DNA from: Raillietiella orientalis
Lineage: Eukaryota
Length of the DNA: 64,000 bases
Direction of reading: 5' to 3'
NCBI GenBank assembly: GCA_036172245.1
Contig: JAYWIR010000001.1
Location: 10,602,001-10,666,000 of the forward strand
The translations under genes were made by a program, and so were the position numbers. Numbering within the stretch: position 1 is the stretch's first letter; each line of letters begins with the position of its first letter. Of the stretch, positions 35,546 to 44,287 are shown piece after piece. The notes beneath the pieces are model-generated. The model was not told the DNA's origin. It saw nothing but the letters and a program-made list of their open reading frames with translations, and searched no databases.

Positions 35546-37949
35546 GGGAGGAGGAGGAGGAGGAAAGAAGGAGAAGAGGAAGAGAGAAAAAGGGAGGGAA
35601 GGAAGGAGGAAGGGAGGAGACGCCTCAAAAATGACCATAAACCAAGGGAGGCACGACGGCCTGTCAGCGCTACACTTTCCCTACCAAGGAAACGCGTATA
35701 TCCTGGACAGGCACGCCCACATGTTCCTCCTCCAAGACACTCAGTGGTTCCTCCACTACCGTACCTTTATGGAGCTTACTCCTGCATTTGCATCCTGTAA
35801 GAAGAGCTCAGCGGCTCATTCAGCCACTAGTTCCCCCTGCAGTTGGTGCTGCAGCGAGCGCGCAGCCAGCCGGGTTCCCTTGGCAGCGCGGCGCGTGTTC
35901 TTCCCCTGTTCGACCATCAGCTTCCGAAGCTGGGACTAACCTCCTCCCCCTCTCCCCCGCACCTCTTATGGATGGCTCCACGAGTCATCCGAGATCATCA
36001 GTGAGGCACGTCCCTCAGCTGAAGACCCCTGATGCGTTCTCCATTAGGAACTGGCCCACGCCCATCTTTCTTCTGAATCGGACCCGCTCCAGCGAATCGT
36101 GAAACAGCCTGTGATGGATTTCTCTCCTTCCCTCGAAAGAGGAGAATTCGATTCGCTGATCCCCACGTCTGTAGGATTTCTTGGGCAGGAATGCAAGGAA
36201 CGAAATTTCTCTTTTTTTCCCTTTTTCCCGGCACCGCTGTTTTTTTTATCTTCCTTCACCTGCAGGGTCAATTCTTCGGACCGTGGACACTCCACTGACG
36301 GACTGAGATCTTGCCTTGGAAGCTGCTGAGTCTAGAGGAATTCGGTGCACTGAGGTCCTTCAGCGGTACGTTCTTCCCGGATTGCAGACTGTCGACCTGG
36401 CTCTATGCATTCAACGCTGCAACACACGCGGAACACCCTCTTGTTCTCTTATGGGGTGCAAAGAGGAAGCCAAGGGAGACAGCCTGGATCCCGCTCAAAA
36501 CCATGCATAGAGGAAGCTGGGCTCCCTCCGATGGCCTCTTGGTCATGTTCTTCAGCCATCTTGACTCACTGTGCAGCAAAACCGCAGCAAACTGTGCAGC
36601 ACCTCCTTGCACTGAGACGGGTGTTCCGTAGGTAGGATGGTGTGCAGGATTCAATTAGGTTCCCGGTCCTGAGCTGAAAGAGGGTGGGCGAAGAAGGGAA
36701 TGCCATTCTGGTCAAATGTCGGACCGATACCAGTGACCTGGTTATCAAGGAAATAAGAGGCGTGAAACTTCTCGAAGAGCGCGCTGGTTCAGAACGCAGC
36801 TTCGAACCTTCGACAAAACCCCGAATGCTTGCCTGTGTAGCGCGCTGTTCCACTGCCGGCTCTGGGTTGCTCCGACAGACCGCATGGCTCCCTTAATTTG
36901 TGGTCATTTTTGAGGCGTCCCCTCCCTTCCCTTCCTCCTCTTCCCTTCCTCCCTCCCTCTTCCTCTTCCCTTTCCCCTCCCCTCCTTCCTCCCGTCACTT
37001 TTGAGTTCGGAGAGAGCATACGAGGTTTTTTCTTTTTTTTTTGTCCGTGACCCTCAATCCCGAGGGCAAGGAACACAGGGCAGACATGGACTGCTTGGAT
37101 TTTCGCAGATGGGAATGAGGAAAGGGATGGCGTGAGTAGCGACTGTTGTCCTCCAACACCACTCTGCTCTTCTAAGAGCTCGGAGTCTCGTTCTCGGAAA
37201 AGGCGCTTGCCAGCTTTCTGAAACATGAGGCAGTTCTCAGAGTAAACCTTGAGGATGAAGGTGCGTACACAGGCTCCGTACTTTCTTCCACATCTCCGTC
37301 CACTCGAGAGAGACGAGCCTCTTTTTCATAAGCACGAAAAGTGGTCCTCTGGGGACATGCGAGGGACAAGCACCGGATTTCAGCCGAACTTTCGAATCAA
37401 CGTCTTCTGCGGTCGCCAAGTCGCCACGTCACTTGGAGCGTGCGCAGCGTGCAACCATAGTGTGGTAGCCTGTGTGTCACATTTCGACTCCTTACTGCGC
37501 CTGCAGCATAGTGCGAGACGCATTGCACGCGTCGCACCATGCTGTCCAGTGCTGCCCTGTGTGCACCCTCGGTCTCTCGCATTTCTTGCATTGCACATGC
37601 AGTGCATTTGTGCGCTAGAAATGGAACTCTGTCGAGTTCGGCAGATCAGTAGCCCTTTACGGATGCTGGATTCCAAGGCCTCCGTCACAATCACCGTCAC
37701 GCCGGGAACGGGCACGATCCCCCTAGGCGACCATGCTCGAAGCAACGGCGATGTCTCGCAAATGAGGTCCCCGGTGCAGCAGTACAGGAGTCTGAGTCTG
37801 ATTTTCAAGACTCTGGACGTTCACGGTACAAAGACGGACGATATGCACGTGTGGCACAATTTGTAAATTGCGCTCAGAACTGTACAGAAGTTTCTTTTCT
37901 CGTCAAGAGAAACTGATATTGTACAGATACGCCACGTTTTCCGCACCCC

Positions 37950-39530
37950 ACGCAACCGCAAGATGCAGCCGCACCGAGCGAATGGCGTGAAAATTACGCG
38001 CGATGCATCTGGGAGGAAAGAGGAGAAAGAATTCGGAGGACGACCTTCAGGACCTTCCACCAGTACAGGAAAAAAATCACATGTTACACGAAAACTGCAT
38101 TGGCACACATCGTTTTCCTTGTGTATAAAACGCAAGCGTCGCAGGGACGCATTGCCTGGACATCACGACTTTGCCTCGGGTACCGATTATCGTGTGCCGT
38201 TTTACCTACGTACGAAACACTTGGGAATTGTGCGGGAGAACGCAATAGGTGTAAGACGGACGCTTGTGGATGAAGTATCTGCCGCTCGCCGGAATGCAAT
38301 ACAGCCCGGAGGTCTTCTTTTGCTACCCGTCTCAGGGGGAGCGAGGAAAGTGGGACTGCGATCTCGTTGACCACCGTCGCGGGCGTGCGAGCGGAGCTCC
38401 ACACGTGCGCGAGGCAGGGCACCTGCCCCTCCCTGCTCCACTTCTGCCCACGCAAGAACGCCACAGCGCGTCTCGCCCCACTCCCCGGGAAGAAGCCGCC
38501 GTGCAGACGACGCCCTCCGGCACTTAACGCTTAAAGAAGGAAGGACGCCGGGGCCACGAGCGCGCCTCACCCCCTGGGGTCTACCTTTTCGCTTCCGAAG
38601 ATCACACGCACGAAAGAAAGAAAAGAGAGTTGGGGGGTGGGCATGTGAAAGATGGAGCAGCAGCGATGGCAGGGAGTCGGGATGCGCCGACGTTGGACGG
38701 TGATGGCCGGAGGATGGTCCATCTGGGGGGGCGTCCTTTCTGGAAGATGAGGCGAACGGAAATCGGCCAACCTCTTACTCTCTCGATTGGATCCTCCTGG
38801 GGATCCCTACGGGAAGATGATTCTGGTATACCTTGGCGTTCCGTTGGGCGACTCCTGAGCTGCAGAAGCGCAGTCGGTTTGCCTTCAGTAGACAGCAACG
38901 GCTCTCGGCCCGTTCCTCGATGGCAGGCTCGTCTTGCGGGTGCAGGCTGCTTCCTTTGTTGCCCCCTCTTCCACATACTGCCTTCTTCTTACCCTCCCCC
39001 TTATTCGGTGAAGATCCGGGGGCAGCACCTCCTAAGGAAAGCCTTGTAGGGCGCTACAAGCTCCCGGATTCAAGACTGAAAGACCTAGTGGCGCCTTGCC
39101 AAGATGCCTTTAGCATCCTGACCATCCATAAGATCGCGCTGCAAGTGCAGTTCCGACTCTTGCCCCTCTGTGGAAGGTTGCAGACTTGCCTCTGGTGTGT
39201 TCCGGCACGCCACATCCTCCGGCGATGTGCAGAAAGCGCAGGACTTCTCCCGCTGCTGCCGTGCAACCTACGCAGGAAGACTGAATTTGACTACTCCCTG
39301 AGGCATCTGTCCTCACTTCTGCTAGCTCATCCGTGGATCTCCTGCCGCCCCAAAAACTGGAACGGCCGGCGGCAAGAGAAGCTGGGGTCCCGGATTGCCA
39401 CTTTGGAAGTGCGCCCAGAGGAACTGCGTCCGCTGAGGAAACTCTCATGCAAGCCACTGGGATATCTTTTGCAGGACTGGACGCAGTGGTCCAGGATAGC
39501 CGTCAGCTCTGCCTGCCCTCCGGACAAACG
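37950..39530 (+). mobile_element. Decayed LINE relic (EN-like start, zinc motif)
   Basis: Weak APE-like pieces at 38100-38370 and SLDWILL (~38780); PLCGRLQTC...HILRRC (~39165-39230). Confidence 0.4.
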
Positions 39531-39539
39531 ATAACAGCA

Positions 39540-40390
39540 GCCAACCGACAGGGTGGGAGTTGTCCTGCAGCATGGCAGGGGACGAGGAATTCCTCCCGAC
39601 GCTGCAAGACGGTGAGATTGACGACGCCACTCCTCGTTTTCGGGCGAAAAGACTCCGGTGGAGTGACCTGCTCGGTGTGCCCCCCGAACTCGCGGCCCCT
39701 CTGCGTGTGGACACCTCCGTGTTCCTGATCCATTGGAAACCGCAGGATGTTCTACTGCTTGTTCACTGGGAACTCCAGTGCAACCAGCGCAGGCTTCTAG
39801 TTTCCGGGGGAGTGGCGTCCCCGAGGGAGTGTTTGAGGTGAGGGGTGAGGGGATCGTTCCCACACCCCCTGTTGGACTGCGGTGCCTGGACTCCTTTCGG
39901 CGGTCCGTTAACCGCAGGACACCGCCATGGACTCGCTGTAACGTTTCTTCGTCGGAGGCGGACTGAAGACGGGCACTGCAATCGCAACCATCTGTTGCAT
40001 CCGTGCTATGGTGACAGTCCTTCATGTGTTGGCGTCTCCTTTGCAGAGAAGGACATGGCAGCCGCCTTCACGAGGACAGCTCCAAGGCGTCCTCACCTGC
40101 CAGAAGTCATCAGAGATCGCCACCATACACAGCCGCTTTTAGGAAGAAAGGAACGTTTGAAACCAAAGGCCCCTGTTCCTACCCTTTAATCTTTTTTTAT
40201 TTATTTACTGTCCCCTCCCTCCGTTCTCTACTTCCTTAAAAGTCGGACTGCGTGCCCCCCATAGGCTTTTTTTTTTCTGGAATCTTTTGTATTAAGGGAA
40301 TGCTTTTCCTCTTATTTGTGGTTTATTTTTTAAACAAACAACATGGCGTGACCGGGAACAAACCTCTTACTCTCCCCCTCAGAGAATGCC
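39540..40390 (+). mobile_element. L1/Tx1-like retrotransposon 3' relic
   Basis: RECLR*GVRGSFPHPLLDC zinc motif (~39825-39880) and extensive homology to rc(21730-22700), including the T-rich 3' UTR. Confidence 0.65.
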
Positions 40391-41567
40391 CGGCCCTCGT
40401 AGACCGCTATCAGCTCCGTGAGACGGAGCACTGGAGAACTAAAGACACCATGACTGACTGCACTTCTTCCCTGTCTTCCCCTTTGCATTCTGGTCCCCCC
40501 CTCCTCTCGGAGAAGAGACAGGTGGTCCCACGGTGCTCCCTCCGCAGAGGGAGCGCTGCAGGGAACGTCTGCGTGGACTGAAGGCAGGGCGCGGGTACCC
40601 GATGCGACACCCATCTAGCGGTATGTGCGCCAAGTTGGCAGGCGAGGATCGTGTTGCACGGCCCAGGAGGCAAGAACGGCGACGACCCTCAGAGACTCAC
40701 TAGTTCCGCCTGCCGGAAGGTAAGGCCTCGCGGAGGCACCGCGAAGGGCGGGGGAGGAGCGCGAAGGAATGAGCTCGCGCTGCAGTGATATCAACGGACA
40801 TCTCTGCAGCCACCCCAAACCCCGACAGCGACCCGCGCGTGAGCTCCTCCGCCTCCTAGAGGTTTCCTCCTACGAGGCCGAGCCGCCCGGCGCCCCTCTT
40901 GGTCTGGGGTCCACCGCGTATGGGGAAAGAGGAGCGTCGGAAATGCGCCGCAGGACGAAGACGGGAGAGATGCCTCTGTGGCCCCTGGAAACGAGCGATC
41001 GTCCTCTAGGGATGCGCAGTGCGTTCAGAGGGCACGAATGGACTGGATTCCAACCCTGTCCCTCGCCCGCGATGGCTGCTGCGGCCCCTTCGGCTACCGC
41101 AGCATCCCCTCACCCCAGTAGGGGCCTTAGCCTTGCTGTGTCCGCAGCCTCACCTTGAGCGACGACTATCGCCCGGACCATACCGGTTGCTGCTGCTGCT
41201 GTTTCCTGCACGGAGGCTGCTGCAGTGCCCCTACCCGACTTCGGCGCGTGCCATTCGGTCGGATAGCGCGCGGCTCCCGGGGCAGGCACCTCCGTCTCGC
41301 GCGGGAGAAGACGGTGAGAGTGGAGGAGGCGAGACGCACCGAGCGCGTGCACACCTGCCGCTACCCTCCCTCCGCGCGCCCCGTGGCCCGAAGGACGACC
41401 AAAGCACAGCCGAGAGGGCAGAGACCGGAAATCTCTTCTTCCTCTGGCCCGCATGCCCTTGGCGACCACCGACGCACACGATGAAGCCGCGGCAGCTGCA
41501 CCTGGAGTGTCAAGACGCGCGCGTGCTGGATGCTTTCGAAGACCGGTTATAAAAGTGACCACTTTCA

Positions 41568-41573
41568 TTTATT
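41568..41573 (-). promoter_or_regulatory. Putative NUAK polyadenylation signal
   Basis: AATAAA on the - strand about 430 nt past the predicted stop. Confidence 0.4.
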
Positions 41574-42000
41574 CGACATGAAGAAAGAGAAAAAAAAAGT
41601 GGCGGGGTATGGAGGGGGCCTGAATGGGGGGAGGGCAAAAAGAGGGGGCAAGAGCAGGAGGAACTCTTGGCGGAATCGCGGTGATGGCGCTGATTGGCGT
41701 GCGCCAGCCCCTGGATGGCGTTCCGTCGTCGTCGTCTTCCTGTTTCGCCGCAGAGACCACGAGAGGGCCCTCCCGAGCACCTCCTCCCCTTCCACGGTCC
41801 GACCACGTCTCCAAGTAAAGCCGAAGGGTCGGTTCGTGGCGACGGCAGCAACGGGGAGGAAGGCCCGAGGACAAGCGAGGGAGTAGCTTACAAGGAGGAG
41901 GGCGCACTTCCTTACAGCAGCCCGGGAAGGAGTAGGGAAAAAATCTTCCGCAGACGCTAAGGAGAACCCTCGGTGGGAAAAGGGGATTGGGGGGGGGAGG

Positions 42001-42070
42001 TCAAAGCCAGGAGTTTGAATCGTGGCCACCGCCGCCGCTGCTGCTCGGCGTCGGCTCGAAGGAGCTGTAC
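42001..42070 (-). CDS. NUAK: NUAK terminal exon 13 (probable)
   Basis: atgctgcag|G TAC AGC... reads YSSFEPTPSSSGGGGHDSNSWL*; phase fits exon 12. Confidence 0.55.
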
Positions 42071-42195
42071 CTGCAGCATACGGAAAGGAGGGGAAACGGC
42101 AGTGGTCACTGCGCCATGAGACGACCGAGGCACGACCCTGCGCACCCACCCACCCAGCGGCGCTGCGTCGGTCGGTCGGTCGCGTGAGAGCCTAC

Positions 42196-42431
42196 CTGAA
42201 CAGCTTCACCCTTGATGGCAGCGCATGGGCGGCGGCGAGGCACGCCGACTCGGAGCAGGAGGACAGGTCGCTGTTGTCAGCCGTCCCGTCGTCGGTCCTC
42301 CGCCTCGTGTCGCCGCTGCCGAGCAGCAGAGACTCCCGGGAGCTGCCGAGGCTCCCGCCGTGCTGCTGCCTCGGGAACGGGTGGTTGTCGTCCCGCTTGC
42401 CGTAGCCGGGCGTCAGCTCCCGACGGAAAGA
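42196..42431 (-). CDS. NUAK: NUAK exon 12 (probable)
   Basis: tctccccgcag|TCT TTC CGT... open frame SFRRELTPGYGKRDDNHPF...PSRVKLF; donor AG|gtaggc. Confidence 0.65.
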
Positions 42432-42481
42432 CTGCGGGGAGACGGGAAAACGGCCCGGAAGTTCCTCCCCCTCCGCCCTAC

Positions 42482-43233
42482 CTTGGAGCTTCTCCTACTG
42501 GCGGTGGCGCTGCTGCTACTGCTGCTGCTGCTGGTGTTGCTGCCGCGGGCGCCGTCCAGGTCCACGCGCAGCGAGTGGGTGCGGCTCAGCTCGACGGTGT
42601 CGCGCGAGAAGAGGTTCGCCAGGCAGGCGTCCCTGGACAGGGACCGGCGGTGCCTGCGCATGGATGAGAAGGCCGGCTCGTTGAAGCGGGAGAAGTAACT
42701 CTTCCTCAGGATGCGCTCGCCTACGTTCTCCTCCTCCGTGGACAGGGAGCGGTTCCTCAGCCAGTCCTGGGAGGAGGCTGTCGCCCCGGGCGGCTGCTGC
42801 TGCTGCTGCGCTCCGTGGGCGGACGCAAAGTCCCCCTCAGCGCCTTCGAAGCCGCCGTGCCTGCCGCCGCAGCAGCCATTCCGGCACGCCTTCACCGCCG
42901 CGGCGAGGTCCGCCGGCTTCCTGGCGTGGGGCACCTTGGCGTCCGCGCGGCAGCACCCGCCGCCGCCCTTCTCCGCTCCTTCCCAGGGCTTGCCGGGCGG
43001 CGGCCTCGCAGGGGAGGCCGGAGAGGGCGCTTCGTCCTGCCCGCCGCAATCGTACCCCGTACTGGAAGCGCGGCTGTACGCGTGGTACATGCGCGGCGGT
43101 ACGTGAGGCGGTCCCAGATCGCCGCCGCTGGCATTCAACGGGCGCACGGGCAAGCGCGACCCGGCGCCCCTCAGGGCGCGCTCGGGCGCCGACTGGCGTC
43201 TGTCATTGAACCAGTCACTCCCTGCAACGACCG
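42482..43233 (-). CDS. NUAK: NUAK exon 11 (probable)
   Basis: ctttctcttgcag| acceptor in phase with exon 10; extends ORF 42413..43153 (SDWFNDRRQSAPE...ERILRKSYFSRFNEP...RRSSK); donor AAG|gtaggg. Confidence 0.7.
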
Positions 43234-43364
43234 CTGCAAGAGAAAGCCGGGTGGTGGTGGTAGTGGTGGTGGTTGTAGTAGTGGTGGTGGGGGTGGTGCG
43301 TGTTGCACGCGCTCAGGCAGGAAAAAGCCACACACAGTTAGGAGGAGACGCTGCACTGCTTGTT

Positions 43365-43466
43365 TGGTTTTTTTTGTTTTTTTTTTTTGATTTTTTTTTT
43401 TTTGGTTGGTTGGTTGGTTGGTTGGTTTTTTTTTTTTTTTTTGTTTGTTTGGTTGGTTGGTTTTTG
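43365..43466. repeat. Poly-T / (GGTT)n microsatellite in a NUAK intron
   Basis: T runs alternating with GGTT/GTTT units. Confidence 0.9.
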
Positions 43467-43614
43467 GCCGAGGCCCCGGTGGTAGGGTGTCAGTCGGACA
43501 GTTAGTTTTCGGGCCATGCAAAGCGCGGAGGTGGCGCTACTGCAGCAGAGCGGCTTTACGTCAGGATCAGACCTGTGAGCAAAGAAGCTGCCGGGCAGCA
43601 TGCAAGTCCCGTAC

Positions 43615-43786
43615 CTGCGGAAGGAGGAGGGGGCGGAGTCGTGGTCGCCGACGACGACGACGACGGCGCTGCATCCTTGCCGCGGTGCGCTCGGGTGCCG
43701 CCGCGGTCTTCCAAGGCCGCCGCCACCACCCCGGCGCCGCCGAACTCCGGGTCGTTCTGGTTCAGGCGTCTCGTCATGCTGCGGAC
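43615..43786 (-). CDS. NUAK: NUAK exon 10
   Basis: gtctgcag|GTC CGC... reads VRSMTRRLNQNDPEFGG...PPPPPSA, continuing the helix LLSR|VRSMTRRLN; donor G|gtacgg. Confidence 0.8.
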
Positions 43787-43851
43787 CTGCAGACACGCAG
43801 GACGGTGGCGGGGGAAGAAAGGAAGGGGGAGAGGAAGGAAGAACTACACAC

Positions 43852-43972
43852 CCTGGACAGCAGCGTCGAGAACAGGGACTCGGCGGTGAGGATCTGGAAG
43901 CCGTCGTCCTCGTCCTCCTCCTCTTCGCCAGCTGAGCTCACACCGTCCACCGGGTCCACGCAGGACGCGTAC
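43852..43972 (-). CDS. NUAK: NUAK exon 9
   Basis: ccttccag|G TAC... reads YASCVDPVDGVSSAGEEEEDEDDGFQILTAESLFSTLLSR; phase fits exon 8; 36/40 codons end in G/C. Confidence 0.85.
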
Positions 43973-44287
43973 CTGGAAGGGACAGGGGGAAGAGGGGAGG
44001 AAGGTAAACGTTCCGTTCGAGTGCTCCCCTTCCCTTCATCCTCACCCCTGCTGCGAGCACGCCTGCCCCAGGGGCAGGCTGAACCGGGAATCACGCTTGC
44101 CGAAAGACGTCAGGCGCTGCAAGGCTCCCACTGGTTTGCCCTCCCTCGAGATGAACGGCAGGTCGCCCAGACGACTCCTGCGGAGGAGGAGGAGAAAGTG
44201 TGGACAGCGGGTAGGTGGGGGAGGGGGGCGAGGACCCTGCTTCTGCAGAGAGCGCGAGAGGCTCCCCTTCCTCCCTTCCCTGCCTAC

